64,000 nucleotides of DNA from Acidobacteriota bacterium (GCA_040005235.1 JBDTZG010000004.1:64001-128000), one strand, 5' to 3'; counted from the first letter of the stretch, positions 1 to 10,935 are shown. Translations and numbers: made by a program. The notes: generated by a model from the letters alone, not told the origin.

Positions 1-353
1 CAGTCGCCTCCGGCGCTCAGCTGTTCGAAACCTTTGCCTGCAATACTTGCCATCGCGACGCCAAGGACCCGCGACCTGCGCGCGCGCCGCAGCTCGCCGG
101 GCTCTACGGCCGAGACGTGACGTTCGCCGACGGCGGGAGCGCGAAGGCCGACGACACCTATCTGCGCGAGTCGATCCTCAATCCGGGCGCCAAGCTGGTC
201 GCCGGCTGGCAGCCGATCATGCCGACGTTCCAGGGACAGATCAGTGAAGAACAGCTCGCCGCCCTGCTCGCCTACATCAAGTCTCTGGAAGGTACCCCAC
301 AGCAGGCTTCGGCCGACGGCAACGGCGCCGCAGCCGACCGAGGGACGCTATGA
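1..353 (+). CDS. coxB: cytochrome c oxidase subunit II, C-terminal cytochrome c domain (5' truncated by window)
   Basis: Frame starting at nt 3 reads [17 protein letters not shown] (CxxCH heme motif) and continues into YLRESILNP...MPTF; stop overlaps the subunit I start. Confidence 0.88.
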   Translation, partial: VASGAQLFETFACNTCHRDAKDPRPARAPQLAGLYGRDVTFADGGSAKADDTYLRESILNPGAKLVAGWQPIMPTFQGQISEEQLAALLAYIKSLEGTPQQASADGNGAAADRGTL

Positions 354-2008
354 GTCACGCAGTCTCGACCGACATCCACGCTCCCAGCTCGGGTACCAAC
401 TACCTGAACAACGGCTATGGCCTGCGCTCCTGGCTCCTGACCCGGGACCATAAGCGGATCGCGATCCTCTATCTGATCTCGGTCAGCGTGTTCTTCTTCA
501 TCGGCGGCATCATGGCGATGCTGATCCGCCTGGAGCTGCTGACTCCCGAGGGCGACCTGCTCCAGGCCGACACCTACAACCGGGTGTTTTCGATGCACGG
601 GATCTCGATGGTGTTCTTCTTCTTGATCCCGGCGATCCCGGCGGTTCTCGGCAATTTCCTGGTGCCGCTGATGATCGGCGCCAAAGACCTGGCTTTTCCG
701 CGGATCAACCTGCTCTCCTGGTACCTCTACATCACCGGCGGAGCCTTCACGCTCTGGGCGATGATCCACGGCGGAGTCGACACCGGCTGGACGTTCTACA
801 CCCCGCTCTCGACCCAATACGCGCAGGGCCAGGTGATGATGGCGGCGCTCGGGGTGTTCATTGCCGGATTCTCCTCGATCCTCACCGGCCTCAACTTCGT
901 CGTCACGATCCATCGCATGCGGGCGCCGGGGATGACCTGGTTCCGGATGCCGCTGTTCATCTGGTCGCACTACGCGACCAGCCTGATCATGCTGCTCGGC
1001 ACGCCGGTGATCGCGGTGACGATCCTGATGGTCGCGGCCGAGCGCGCGCTGCACCTCGGGCTGTTCGATCCGCGGCTGGGCGGCGACCCGGTGCTGTTCC
1101 AGCACCTGTTCTGGTTCTACTCCCACCCGGCGGTCTACATCATGGTGCTGCCCGCGATGGGGGTGGTCTCCGAGCTGATCGCGGCGTTCTCGCGCAAACC
1201 GGTTTTCGGCTACAAGATCGTTGCGGTCGCCTCGATCGCGATCGCGGTGCTCGGCTTCCTGGTCTGGGGCCACCACATGTTCGTCTCCGGCCAATCGATC
1301 TACGCCTCGACGGTATTCTCCTTGCTTTCCATGCTGGTCGCGATCCCCTCGGCGGTCAAAGTGTTCAACTGGACCGCGACGCTCTACGAGGGTTCGGTCA
1401 GTTGGGATACGCCGATGCTCTACGCTCTGGGATTCATCGGCCTGTTCACGATCGGTGGCCTGACCGGCGTCATGATCGCCACTCTCGGCATCGATGTCCA
1501 CCTGCACGACACCTATTTCATCGTCGCGCACTTCCACTACGTGATGGTCGGCGGAACGATCATGGCGTACTTGGGTGGCCTTCACTACTGGTGGCCGAAG
1601 ATCACCGGCCGCAAGTACAAGCCCTTCTGGGCCAAAGTCTCGGCGATGCTCGTGTTCGTCGGCTTCAACCTGACGTTCTTCCCGCAGTTCCTGCTCGGCT
1701 ACATGGGCATGCCGCGCCGCTACTGGAGCTACGCGCCGGAGTTTCAGGTGCTGAACGTTTTGTCGACCGCGGGCGCCTCGATCCTCGCGCTCGGCTACCT
1801 GCTGCCAGCGATCTATTTAACCTGGTCGATGCGCTACGGCGAGAAGGCGGAAGACAATCCGTGGGGCGCGGTCGGCCTTGAATGGCAGACCAGCTCGCCG
1901 CCGCCGACGTTCAATTTCCACGAAACCCCGATCGTCACCCACGACGCCTACGACTACCAACACCAGCGGCCGACGATCGCTGCCAAAGGGGAGGCCTCCC
2001 TTGGTTAA
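350..2008 (+). CDS. ctaD: cytochrome c oxidase subunit I
   Basis: [38 protein letters not shown] and GMPRRY heme-copper oxidase motifs; many TM helices. Confidence 0.97.
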   Translation: MSHAVSTDIHAPSSGTNYLNNGYGLRSWLLTRDHKRIAILYLISVSVFFFIGGIMAMLIRLELLTPEGDLLQADTYNRVFSMHGISMVFFFLIPAIPAVLGNFLVPLMIGAKDLAFPRINLLSWYLYITGGAFTLWAMIHGGVDTGWTFYTPLSTQYAQGQVMMAALGVFIAGFSSILTGLNFVVTIHRMRAPGMTWFRMPLFIWSHYATSLIMLLGTPVIAVTILMVAAERALHLGLFDPRLGGDPVLFQHLFWFYSHPAVYIMVLPAMGVVSELIAAFSRKPVFGYKIVAVASIAIAVLGFLVWGHHMFVSGQSIYASTVFSLLSMLVAIPSAVKVFNWTATLYEGSVSWDTPMLYALGFIGLFTIGGLTGVMIATLGIDVHLHDTYFIVAHFHYVMVGGTIMAYLGGLHYWWPKITGRKYKPFWAKVSAMLVFVGFNLTFFPQFLLGYMGMPRRYWSYAPEFQVLNVLSTAGASILALGYLLPAIYLTWSMRYGEKAEDNPWGAVGLEWQTSSPPPTFNFHETPIVTHDAYDYQHQRPTIAAKGEASLG

Positions 2009-2702
2009 TCCGGCGCCGGGCCAGGCAAGCGCCGGGGTCGCGGGACACGACGCGCACCCCGCGCTGCAGCATCACTTCGACACGCTCGAACAGCAGAAGG
2101 AATCCTCCTCGCTCGGCATGTGGATGTTCCTGGTCACCGAGGTTCTGTTCTTCGGCGGCCTGTTTGTCACCTACGTGCTCTATCGGCTGCGCTTCCCCGG
2201 TGTTTTCGCCGAGGCGAGCCACCACTTGAACGTGCCGATGGGCGCGCTCAACACGGCGGTTCTGATCTGTTCGTCGCTCACCATGGCTCTCGCGATCTAT
2301 GCCGCGCAGGTCAACAAGAAGAAGGCGATCGTCCCCTGGCTGATCGCCACCATTCTGCTCGGCGCCACATTCCTGGTGATCAAAGCGTTCGAGTACAAGG
2401 AGAAGTTCGCCCATCACCTGGTGCCGGGGCCGAACTTTGACCTCTCGCTGTTCACCCCGGATCACGCGCGGCCGGCCGAGATGTTCTTCTCGCTCTACTT
2501 CGTGATGACCGGCGTCCATGCGCTGCACATGATCATCGGCATCGGCTTGCTCTCCTGGCTGGTCGTTCAGTCGCGGAAGGGGCGGTTCGACTCGACGTAC
2601 TACAACCCGCTCGAAATGACCGGCCTGTACTGGCACTTCGTCGACATCGTCTGGATTTTCCTCTTTCCGCTCCTTTACCTGCTCGGCTACCACGCGCGCT
2701 GA
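2001..2702 (+). CDS. ctaE: cytochrome c oxidase subunit III
   Basis: [26 protein letters not shown] and YWHFVDIVW motifs; TTG start at 2001 follows GGAGG and overlaps the subunit I stop. Confidence 0.92.
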   Translation: MVNPAPGQASAGVAGHDAHPALQHHFDTLEQQKESSSLGMWMFLVTEVLFFGGLFVTYVLYRLRFPGVFAEASHHLNVPMGALNTAVLICSSLTMALAIYAAQVNKKKAIVPWLIATILLGATFLVIKAFEYKEKFAHHLVPGPNFDLSLFTPDHARPAEMFFSLYFVMTGVHALHMIIGIGLLSWLVVQSRKGRFDSTYYNPLEMTGLYWHFVDIVWIFLFPLLYLLGYHAR

Positions 2703-2722
2703 ACCGGCCGGGAGACCGCGAA

Positions 2723-3148
2723 ATGTCAGAACATCAGCCTTCCCTCCGGCCGTACATCCTGGTCTTCCTCGCCTTGATGGTGCTCACCGCGGCGACCGTC
2801 CTGGTGGCGAAGTTCGACCTCGGCGCCGCCAACGACATCGTGGCTCTGGTGATCGCGGTGACCAAGGCGACCCTGGTCGTCCTGTTCTTCATGCACGTCA
2901 AATACAGCACGCGTCTCACCAAGCTGACGGTGATCGGTTCGGTGCTCTGGCTCGCGTTCCTGATCGGCGTGACGATGATGGACTACGCCTCTCGCCGCAT
3001 GTCGGACGAGGTGCGCGGCGCTCCGTACGAAGCGCCGGGCCGCGGTTCGGCGGGACAGTTGGGAGATGTTGGAGGGCCGGGAGGGCCGACCGATCCGGTG
3101 TCCTCCACGGCCACCCCGGCTGGATCGGTCGCTCCTGATGGCGAATAA
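2723..3148 (+). CDS. caa3-type cytochrome c oxidase subunit IV
   Basis: Three TM helices with KATLVVLFFMHVKY motif; last gene of the cox operon. Confidence 0.85.
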   Translation: MSEHQPSLRPYILVFLALMVLTAATVLVAKFDLGAANDIVALVIAVTKATLVVLFFMHVKYSTRLTKLTVIGSVLWLAFLIGVTMMDYASRRMSDEVRGAPYEAPGRGSAGQLGDVGGPGGPTDPVSSTATPAGSVAPDGE

Positions 3149-3713
3149 AGGAACGCAACGCGGCAACCGCCGCAACGAGTCGCCGCTCGATCTGTTCCTC
3201 GAGCTGCAGACTCTCGATCGGGTCCCGCGCAGCGGCTTCGTGTTGCGCGGCGTCCCGGATCCCGAAAGCGTAACCGAGCACAGCTTCCACGTCGTCTTTC
3301 TGGTTTGGGCTCTCGGCCCCCGCATTCCGGGTCTCGACCTGTTGCGGGCGGTGGGTATCGCCTTGGTCCACGATCTGGCGGAGATCCGCGTCGGCGACCT
3401 GCCGCGAACGGCAGCGCCCTATTTTCCCGAAGGGGCCAAGAAAGCCGCGGAATCGCTCGCGATGGACGACATTCTGGCACCGCTGCCGGCCGAAACCCGC
3501 GCGCTCTACGAGGAATACGAGCGGGGCGAGAGCGCCGAGGCGCGGCTGGTCAAAGCGTGCGACAAGCTGCAATTGATGCTCAAGGTTTCGGTCTACGAGA
3601 GCTGGCACCAGGGCGCGCTCGCCGAGTTCTGGGACCATCCCGACAACTTCCCCGATCCGGGCTTCACCGAGGTTCGAGCGGTTTTCGATGAGCTGATCGC
3701 ACGCGTAAGGTAA
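3138..3713 (+). CDS. HD-domain phosphohydrolase (YfbR/HDDC2-like 5'-deoxynucleotidase family)
   Basis: PRSG...ESVTEHS, ALVHDLAE and ACDKL motifs; ATG at 3138 overlaps the upstream gene end. Confidence 0.85.
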   Translation: MANKGTQRGNRRNESPLDLFLELQTLDRVPRSGFVLRGVPDPESVTEHSFHVVFLVWALGPRIPGLDLLRAVGIALVHDLAEIRVGDLPRTAAPYFPEGAKKAAESLAMDDILAPLPAETRALYEEYERGESAEARLVKACDKLQLMLKVSVYESWHQGALAEFWDHPDNFPDPGFTEVRAVFDELIARVR

Positions 3714-3782
3714 AGTGGCGCGGTACCGATTCGGACCGCGCCGAGGTCCCGCCCCGGCGCCTCTCTTTAAAGGAGTCGCCCT

Positions 3783-4550
3783 ATGCTTACCCGCCGTGAA
3801 GTTCTCGTAGGTTCGGTCGTTGCCGCAGGAACCGCGGGCACCCTCCTTTCCGCCCGATTTGCCGGTGCCCAGGGAACCATGATGCCTCCTACGGCCGCCC
3901 CGACCGCCGCTCCCGCCGCGGCGCCGGCCCCCACCGGCCCGTTCACCCTGCCGAAGCTTCCGTACGCCTACGACGCGCTCGAACCGAACATCGACGCGCA
4001 GACCATGACGATCCATCACGACAAGCATCACGCGACCTACGTCGCGAAGCTGAACGCCGCGGTGGAAGGCAAACCGGAGCTGGCCGGCAAGACGGTCGAG
4101 CAACTGGTGAGCAACCTGGCCGCGGTGCCCGAGTCGGTGCGGACCGCGGTGCGGAATCACGGCGGCGGCCATGCGAACCACAGCCTGTTCTGGCAGATCA
4201 TGGCGCCGGGCGCGCCGAGCAAGCCCTCGGGAGATCTCGCCAAGGCGATCGACAAGACGTTCGGCTCGTACGACAAATTCGCCGAGCAACTTTCGACATC
4301 GGCCGCCGGGGTTTTCGGCAGCGGCTGGGCTTGGCTCTCGGTCGGAAAAGACAAGGCGCTTGGCCTCACGACGACGCCGAACCAGGACAACCCCTGGATG
4401 GAAGGGAAGACCCCGCTGCTCGGCATCGACGTCTGGGAGCACGCCTATTACCTCAAGTACCAGAACCGCCGGCCCGACTACATCGCCGCCTGGCTCAAGG
4501 TCATCAACTGGGATTTCATCTCGGGTGAGTACAAAAAGGCGTTGGCCTGA
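3783..4550 (+). CDS. sodA: Fe/Mn superoxide dismutase (Mn-type signature) with twin-arginine signal peptide
   Basis: [24 protein letters not shown] and DVWEHAYY motifs; N-terminus MLTRREVL; AAGGAG RBS. Confidence 0.93.
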   Translation: MLTRREVLVGSVVAAGTAGTLLSARFAGAQGTMMPPTAAPTAAPAAAPAPTGPFTLPKLPYAYDALEPNIDAQTMTIHHDKHHATYVAKLNAAVEGKPELAGKTVEQLVSNLAAVPESVRTAVRNHGGGHANHSLFWQIMAPGAPSKPSGDLAKAIDKTFGSYDKFAEQLSTSAAGVFGSGWAWLSVGKDKALGLTTTPNQDNPWMEGKTPLLGIDVWEHAYYLKYQNRRPDYIAAWLKVINWDFISGEYKKALA

Positions 4551-4560
4551 GGGGCATTCA

Positions 4561-4623
4561 TAGGGCGGGCCTACAGCCCTAGGAATCAGTTGCTTTGTCG
4601 TTAACCTAGGGCAACGCCCTAGG
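4561..4623. repeat. pair of short palindromes (REP-like or terminator hairpins)
   Basis: TAGGGC..GCCCTA at 4561-4581 and CCTAGGGC-AAC-GCCCTAGG at 4605-4623, between convergent genes. Confidence 0.5.
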
Positions 4624-4634
4624 TACCCGTTCGG

Positions 4635-4717
4635 CCGGGGGGCTCTAGGCGCCAGATCGAACTGAAGGTTCCGATCTGGCGCCCCGCGGGATCGAACACC
4701 GGTCCCGAGCTAACCAT
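4635..4717 (-). pseudogene. remnant of a SnoaL/DUF4440-like (NTF2-fold) gene C-terminus
   Basis: Reads SSGPVFDPAGRQIGTFSSIWRLEPPG, resembling the conserved end of that family; no intact gene present. Confidence 0.45.
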
Positions 4718-4734
4718 TTTTCTTGGGAAGAAGG

Positions 4735-5409
4735 CTATCGGGTCCGCCCAATGAAGATCGAATGCCGCCGCCGACTGCCCGGCCGTGCGGCGACGCGCTC
4801 GGTGCGGACTTTGAATCCCGCCCGCTCCATCCGCTGCACGAATTCCGGCGACGGCTCGGCCGACCAGATCGCGAGCACTCCGCCGGGCGTGAGGCTCTGG
4901 CGCAGTCGATCGAGACCGTTGGCAGAATAGAGGTGCTCGTTTGACGGCAGGGTGAACGCCCAAGGGCCGTTGTCGACGTCGAGCAGAATCGCGTCGAAGC
5001 GCTCGGGCCGGGCGAGTAAGGTCCGCACGTCCCCCTGGACCGCGGTGACTCGGGGGTCTTCAAGCGGCCGGCCGGCTAGATCACCTGCCCCGATTTCTGG
5101 GTCGTGGTGCGCCGCGAGCAGGAACGCGAACAGCTCGCTGATCACGACCTTCGCGGATTTCGGCAGGTGATCGAGCGCCGCTCGAAGCGTATATCCGAAG
5201 CCGAGACCTCCGACCAGCACGCGCGGCGCCGGTCGGCCGTCGATGTCCGCCAGGGCTAGCTGCGCGAGCTGCCGCTCGGATTCGAACTGGCGGCTGGCCA
5301 TCAGCTCCTGGCCGTCCAGGCTCAGGCGGAAGACGCCGTCCCGGCGGGTGAGGATCAACTCGGCGCCGTCCGGGAGGGTTTCCCTAGCGAGGGTTTCAGT
5401 CGGCTTCAT
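4735..5409 (-). CDS. spermidine-synthase-like SAM-dependent methyltransferase
   Basis: VLVGGLGFGYTL, FDAILLDVDNGP and GGVLAIWS motifs. Confidence 0.82.
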   Translation of the reverse strand: MKPTETLARETLPDGAELILTRRDGVFRLSLDGQELMASRQFESERQLAQLALADIDGRPAPRVLVGGLGFGYTLRAALDHLPKSAKVVISELFAFLLAAHHDPEIGAGDLAGRPLEDPRVTAVQGDVRTLLARPERFDAILLDVDNGPWAFTLPSNEHLYSANGLDRLRQSLTPGGVLAIWSAEPSPEFVQRMERAGFKVRTERVAARPGSRRRHSIFIGRTR

Positions 5410-5416
5410 GGCCGGT

Positions 5417-5950
5417 TCATCCGATCAGGTAGCGCTCCTTGAGCACCGCGAAATGGTGCCGGGCATGGCCGAGCATCACGTGAGCGAGAGCCCGAACGCT
5501 CACCGGTCTGCCGTTTGCGGTGCCGAGGCGCGTCCAAGCCTCGGCGGGCAGGTGCTGGAACATCAAAACGTGGCCGCTCCGGACGGTGAGGAACTCCTCG
5601 ATCAACTCTTCGAGCGGTACGTTGCCGTGGCCGGAGGCGTTTGCCCAATCGTTCTCCTCGAAGCCCGGCAGCGGGGACGGGTCCTGGCGCGCGAACCAGA
5701 GCGCGCGGAAACCCATCACCCGTTCGCCGTCGATCATGTGACCGAGTAACTCGCGCGGCGTCCACTTGTCCGGCGCGTAGCGAAAATCCACCTTGTGCTT
5801 CGGTAAGCCGAGGAAAGTCGTCGAGACGGTATCGGCCTGCGCGGCGAGCGCGCCGAGGAGGTCCTCTTCCGTGGCGCGATCGATGTAGCTGGCGTAAAAC
5901 GGCGCGTATTCGTCCGGGCCGGGGCGGCCGATGATTACAGCGTTGGGCAT
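5417..5950 (-). CDS. DinB family protein
   Basis: YAPDKWT..ELLGHMID.ER and GHARHH metal-binding His motifs. Confidence 0.85.
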   Translation of the reverse strand: MPNAVIIGRPGPDEYAPFYASYIDRATEEDLLGALAAQADTVSTTFLGLPKHKVDFRYAPDKWTPRELLGHMIDGERVMGFRALWFARQDPSPLPGFEENDWANASGHGNVPLEELIEEFLTVRSGHVLMFQHLPAEAWTRLGTANGRPVSVRALAHVMLGHARHHFAVLKERYLIG

Positions 5951-5990
5951 TTCGAAGGGTCTCCTGGAAAAGGCGGCAAGAATCGAGGGT

Positions 5991-6485
5991 TTAGCCCGCT
6001 TCCCGCAGCCGCTTGAGCAGCTGAATCTGCCCCGCATGGTACAGGTCGTGTGCGGCGACACCCACCGCGATGTCGAACATCAGCCTTTTTCGGCCGCGCG
6101 CCTGACCAGCGAGCTCCTTGGGGGATAGGTCGGCGATCGCGGAGCGCAAGCTCTTGTGCATCGAGGCGAGGACCTCAAGATCCGCGATCCACGCGCGCTC
6201 GACGGGCTCGGACGACGCCGGATCGGGTCGTGGGAAGAAATCCGCGCCGGGATAGGGAAACGTGCCCTTCGGCTCGCCGAGCATCTGACGCCGGGCGCTG
6301 TATTTCCAATACGCGCAGTGGACCACCAGCTCCCAGATATTGTGCCTTCCGGGGGCCGGGCGCCAAGCGGCCTCTTCCGCCGTGATGCCGCGCAACGAGC
6401 CGCGCAGGTTCGTGCCGTGCCACGATTTCCGGTCGTACGCCTGGTCGATCGAGACGAGAAGTTGGGCGATAGGATCGTTGGCCAT
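5991..6485 (-). CDS. DinB family protein
   Basis: HNIWELVVH and HDLYHAGQI motifs. Confidence 0.85.
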   Translation of the reverse strand: MANDPIAQLLVSIDQAYDRKSWHGTNLRGSLRGITAEEAAWRPAPGRHNIWELVVHCAYWKYSARRQMLGEPKGTFPYPGADFFPRPDPASSEPVERAWIADLEVLASMHKSLRSAIADLSPKELAGQARGRKRLMFDIAVGVAAHDLYHAGQIQLLKRLREAG

Positions 6486-6607
6486 GGCGGCAAATCTACC
6501 AAATCGCCAGACCTTTTAATGTCTGGCTGTCGCCCTTTGGACCAGCGGCTATGATCGGGAAGGCCGGCATCCTGTCAACGCTCCGCCGGTCGTCAGGAGG
6601 ATCTGTC

Positions 6608-7069
6608 ATGAGCAACGTTCGATCCGATGACCGCGGCCTGATCGTCACCTGCCCCTCTTGCGGCAAAGCGAACCGGCTGGCCTTCGACCACCTCGGGCAA
6701 GCTTCGCGCTGTGGACAGTGCCATGCCGAGATCTCCGCCCCGGGAGAGCCCTTCGCGGTCGACTCGGCGGCGCACTTCGACGCCCTGGTCGGCAAGGCGA
6801 GCCTCCCCGTCCTGGTCGATTACTGGGCCGCCTGGTGCGGCCCCTGCCGCACCGTGGCGCCGGAGCTCGAAAAGGTGGCCCAAAGGAACGCCGGACGTTG
6901 GCTGGTCGCGAAGGTCGATACCGAAGCGGTCCCCGACCTCGCGGCGCGAGCCCGCATTCAGTCGATTCCAACCCTCGCCGTCTGGAAATCCGGCCAGGAA
7001 GCGGCCCGCACCGCCGGCGCGATGCCCGCGGAGCGGATCGAGGCGTTTGTTCGCGGTGCGGTGGGGTAA
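6608..7069 (+). CDS. trxC: thioredoxin 2 (TrxC type) with N-terminal zinc-binding CxxC pairs
   Basis: CPSC...CGQC followed by WCGPC active site; AGGAGG RBS before ATG 6608. Confidence 0.88.
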   Translation: MSNVRSDDRGLIVTCPSCGKANRLAFDHLGQASRCGQCHAEISAPGEPFAVDSAAHFDALVGKASLPVLVDYWAAWCGPCRTVAPELEKVAQRNAGRWLVAKVDTEAVPDLAARARIQSIPTLAVWKSGQEAARTAGAMPAERIEAFVRGAVG

Positions 7070-7078
7070 CTTCAGCCG

Positions 7079-7585
7079 CTATCCGAAGCTCGGGTCATCC
7101 GCCGTCGGCCCGTAGATCGACGGTACCGGCAGGTCATTCAGCCGGAGATAGACGGTCAACTGTCCGCGGTGGTGAGCCAGGTGGGTAAACGTGTCGGCGA
7201 TCGCCTCGTACCGCGGTTGTTCCATCTTCACCTCGCCCGCCGACAGCAACCTCCACGGCGTCAGCAAATGCTCGTCGTCGGTGTTGCCGAGGGCTTCCTG
7301 GGCCTTGGCGACCGATGCATCCAGCAGCGCGAGGAGTTCCTGATTCGTGCCGGGCGCGGCAGGTCTCTTTCCGCCAGCCTTGGGTTTGACGTCCAGCTCG
7401 TCCTCAGAAACGATCCTGGCAATCCATTCCGGGATCATCCCGACCAACGTTGACAGATAGCCGAGAGGCATCGACTTCTCGTGCGGTTTCCAATCCGGAC
7501 GTCCTTCGGGCACGCGTTCCAGCGCCCGGCGCGATTTCGCGGCTTCTCGTTCCAGCTGCGCCAAAAACAGTTCGGTCATTTTCAT
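7079..7585 (-). CDS. DinB family protein
   Basis: WKPHEKSM and HLAHHRGQLTVYLR..PVPSIYG motifs. Confidence 0.85.
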   Translation of the reverse strand: MKMTELFLAQLEREAAKSRRALERVPEGRPDWKPHEKSMPLGYLSTLVGMIPEWIARIVSEDELDVKPKAGGKRPAAPGTNQELLALLDASVAKAQEALGNTDDEHLLTPWRLLSAGEVKMEQPRYEAIADTFTHLAHHRGQLTVYLRLNDLPVPSIYGPTADDPSFG

Positions 7586-7703
7586 CGTCGGCATCTCCTT
7601 CCGGTATTCGCCGATAGGCCGCCTCTGCCCCCTGGGGGGAGTCGAAGCGGGAACGGCGCCGATCAGGTCAAATGCGAGACGCATGCCCGAATCTTGCCGA
7701 ACC

Positions 7704-10700
7704 CTACCGAGCCACCTCCGCCAACGCCGCTTCCGGCAATGCGAACGAGGTGGCGATCAGGTCGGAATCCGGCTCGGCGATTTCCGGGTAGCGGATGCCC
7801 GGCAGCGCTTGGACGTCGAAGATCTCCTGGACTCTTCCCTCGAAGCGAAGGAAGCCGACCACCGCTCCGGTCCGTACGTCGAGTACCCAGACGCCGCATT
7901 GCTTTTCCGTCACCCGCTCGGAGAGAGGCAGGCCGTCGAAGATCTGCGTCTCGCGGACCTGGGAGAGGCCCACGAAGGCGTAAGGTCCCAGGAAGGCCAG
8001 CCCTCGCGTGAAACCGGGCAGGCGCGCGATCGTTTCCACTCGGCCGGTGCCCAGGTCGACCACCCCGACCTCGCCTTTGGCCGATTCGAGCACCCAGAGC
8101 CGGCCGCCGTACCAGCGGGGCGAATGGGGCATCGAGAGGCCGCGGGCCACGATCTCGCGGCTTTCGACATCCATCAGGACGCCGCCGCTCGCTTTGGTGT
8201 CCCGCCAGCCGTGCGGCGTATCGGTCGCCCCCAGGGCGGTGACGAAGCGGGGACGGTCGTCAATCACGCAGAGGCCGTTCAAGTGGCAGCGATCGTCGGG
8301 CGAGTAGGCGGAGACGAACGGCGGGCGCCAGCGCGGCACGAAGCTGTGCTCGCCGTCGAGCGTCGCGAGGCAGGAAAACCGGGTGGCGACGAACCAGAGC
8401 TCCTCCCCGGCAAAAGCCAGCTCGTGAATCCGCACGTCGCCCGTCACGTAGGCGCGGCGTGGCAGAAAGCAGGCGTCGTGGCGATCCGGGGGCGAAAGGC
8501 GTCGGCCGGCCTCGGGCTGGTTGTGATAGCTCCAAACGTGCCGCAGCGTGCCGAGCGCCAGGCTCTTACGGCCGACTGCGATCCCCATAGGGCTCGCGAA
8601 CGAGCGGAAGTGGGTGTTCAGCTCGCCGTTTTCGGCGCGCACCGCGATCAGCCGGCCGCTCTGATAGGTCGAGACCAGGAGCGATGAACGCAGCTCGGTG
8701 AGCAGCGCGGGCAGGCTGGCGGTAAAGACGCTGCGGAACTCCTCTGGGGCATCCGCTTTCACGGCGGGAGCCGGGGCGGTTCCGGCGGCTGATGGAACCG
8801 GCGAAACCGGCGGCCGAAGGGGCCGCGGCGCTTCGGCCTGCGACCTTCGCCGCGCTGGGCGGACCGCAGGGACTTCCCCGAACAGGTCGCGCGCCCGGGC
8901 CGCGGATTCTTCGAGCAGCGGCAAGATCGGGCGTAGCTCTTCCGCGTTGTGGCGCCACTTTTCGGGCTCTGGCGAGGTGAGCGTGTGGCGCGAGAGAGGC
9001 AGCGGCGCCTGGATTTCGCGGTCCCAAGGCAGGTCGAGAAACTCGCAGAGCCGGAGGATCTCGGCCTGAGGCTCGGCCACCAGCCGGTCATAGCTCGCGA
9101 CGCACCAGGAATCCGCGGGAAGCGCTTCGAGATCCTCGACCAGCCGGGCGGTCGCGATCGACCATTGCCGCGCGGCGATCTCTGCCAGGGGGAGGCCGAT
9201 CAGCTCGCGCCATCCGGGAACCAGCAGCAGCGACCAGGGGAGGCCGCTCCAGCCCGGCAGGTCCGGATAGGTGACGAAACGCCCCGAGCGCCAGGCGTCG
9301 AGCAGGCTCGATACCGTCTCCCGCGGGTCGCGGTAGAGATAGACGAACAGCGCGTCGGGAAACGCGGCGGCGAGGAACGGCACCCGCAGCGAGTTCTTGG
9401 GCGTCTTTTCGAGCAGCCGCAAACCGCTCGCGGGGAGCTCGGGAGCCCGGCCCTCGCGATCTCGCAGCCGGGAGGAAAAGCTGGCGGTGAGCCGCCGCAC
9501 GATCTCGGGCGTCGCGTCCGCGGCGGTCAGCCGATTCGAATCCCAATCCCGTTGCCGGGGATGCAGGCCCTCGATCTCCTCGATGGCCGCGTGGCTTTCG
9601 CCGCCGATCGTCAGCAGGCCGCGCGCCTGGGCGAGCGTCTCGAACAGCAGGCTCGATCCCGAGCGAGGCGAGGAGACGAGGAAGATCGGTCGATCGAACC
9701 GGGGCGCGGTCGAGCCCGTCGGGGCCGAGGGCACCGGGGAGCGAGGAGCCGAAGCGGGGGCCGGTGCGGCGAAACTAGGGCCGGGGGCCGAGCCGCCCGG
9801 GCCTTCCGCCGCGAGATCGGGATTCAACGCCGGCCGCACCACCATCTGGCGCACGATCTCGATCGCTTCCGAGCCGTTGCCCAGGCGCAGCTGGCCGGAG
9901 AAACGGGCGAGGCGGCGGTCGAGGTCCGCCAGGCGCTCGGCGAATGCGGGCCAGCCCGCGGCCTTCTCGCCGTAGAGCGCCCAAAGCGCGCCCCAGTCGA
10001 GCCGGAAGCGATCCAGCTCCAGCCGCAGCTCGGCGAGTCGATCCGGTTGGGTCTGGGGCGCCGTGCTCAAGTCTTCGAACAGGAACTTGAGGTGCGCCTC
10101 CTGCTCCCAGGGCGACATCACGACCGGCTGGTTGACGGTTTCGAAGGCGAGAACGGAATCGAGCGCCGGGTCGAACGGCACTTCGCGCGGCTCCGCCGCC
10201 TGGCCGTTCGGCGCAAACGGCCGTCGCCCGTGCGCCACCAGATCCCAGAACGCGGCGCTGCCGATCGTGTCGGCGACCAGGTGGATCCGCCGCGTCGGGT
10301 GGGGGTTGAGCACGTTGTGGGTCTTCCAGGTGTCGAACACCCAGGCCTCGCCCGCGTCCATGTGGACCCGCCGCTCGCCGCACAGGAACTCCACCTCGGG
10401 GCGGGTCACCAGGGGGATATGGAGCCGGACCCTGCGCAGCCAGTAGTAGTTGGTGTCGGTGTGCGGCGTCGCCTCGGCATTGCCGTCGAGGCGCATCAGC
10501 CGGGTGCGACCGAATACCGTGCCGAAAGCGGCGAGCGCCTGGCGCAGGTAAGGGAGGCGCGCCAGATGAGCGGTCGGCCGCATCGGCCCTTTGGTCGCGT
10601 CGTTGCCCGGATCGCCGCCGCTCGCGATCAGTGGCAGCGCGGAATTGCCCGGATGCCCCTGAGGATGCGGGCGCCAATCCTCTTCGGGAATCGCCGCGAC

Positions 10701-10766
10701 CTCCTCGGCGAGAAGCGCGGCCTCGAAGCTCAGAGGCAGCTGGATGAACTCGGTGTCGAGCTTCAC
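7704..10766 (-). CDS. fusion protein: Asp/Asn beta-hydroxylase-like 2OG-Fe(II) domain + PAPS sulfotransferase + TIGR03032/DUF4915-like domain
   Basis: N-terminal HTD...RIHLV metal ligands; central SPRSGSSLL (PAPS 5'-binding), EKTPKN and YRDP motifs; C-terminal STYQSGRL...DRCHLNGL...MPHSPRW...LPGFTRGL. Confidence 0.82.
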   Translation of the reverse strand: MKLDTEFIQLPLSFEAALLAEEVAAIPEEDWRPHPQGHPGNSALPLIASGGDPGNDATKGPMRPTAHLARLPYLRQALAAFGTVFGRTRLMRLDGNAEATPHTDTNYYWLRRVRLHIPLVTRPEVEFLCGERRVHMDAGEAWVFDTWKTHNVLNPHPTRRIHLVADTIGSAAFWDLVAHGRRPFAPNGQAAEPREVPFDPALDSVLAFETVNQPVVMSPWEQEAHLKFLFEDLSTAPQTQPDRLAELRLELDRFRLDWGALWALYGEKAAGWPAFAERLADLDRRLARFSGQLRLGNGSEAIEIVRQMVVRPALNPDLAAEGPGGSAPGPSFAAPAPASAPRSPVPSAPTGSTAPRFDRPIFLVSSPRSGSSLLFETLAQARGLLTIGGESHAAIEEIEGLHPRQRDWDSNRLTAADATPEIVRRLTASFSSRLRDREGRAPELPASGLRLLEKTPKNSLRVPFLAAAFPDALFVYLYRDPRETVSSLLDAWRSGRFVTYPDLPGWSGLPWSLLLVPGWRELIGLPLAEIAARQWSIATARLVEDLEALPADSWCVASYDRLVAEPQAEILRLCEFLDLPWDREIQAPLPLSRHTLTSPEPEKWRHNAEELRPILPLLEESAARARDLFGEVPAVRPARRRSQAEAPRPLRPPVSPVPSAAGTAPAPAVKADAPEEFRSVFTASLPALLTELRSSLLVSTYQSGRLIAVRAENGELNTHFRSFASPMGIAVGRKSLALGTLRHVWSYHNQPEAGRRLSPPDRHDACFLPRRAYVTGDVRIHELAFAGEELWFVATRFSCLATLDGEHSFVPRWRPPFVSAYSPDDRCHLNGLCVIDDRPRFVTALGATDTPHGWRDTKASGGVLMDVESREIVARGLSMPHSPRWYGGRLWVLESAKGEVGVVDLGTGRVETIARLPGFTRGLAFLGPYAFVGLSQVRETQIFDGLPLSERVTEKQCGVWVLDVRTGAVVGFLRFEGRVQEIFDVQALPGIRYPEIAEPDSDLIATSFALPEAALAEVAR

Positions 10767-10935
10767 GGCAGAGCGGTACCTTTCCGGGGAAACGTTCGGT
10801 GCAAAGGCATTCTATTTGTCCCAAAGGTCTGGGCAGACGTTTGAAGTTCGGATAAAATACCCTGACTAGCCCATCTGAAAAGCCCGCGAGTGGGCGCCTT
10901 GAGCGTGAGTCAGCCCCGCCGGAGGATAGCCAAGT

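Noticed and set aside
8949-10844. 631-aa plus-strand ORF and similar long antisense ORFs (e.g. 272..1585, 17667..19013, 33746..35755)
   Set aside because: Shadow ORFs opposite well-supported genes, as expected in high-GC DNA
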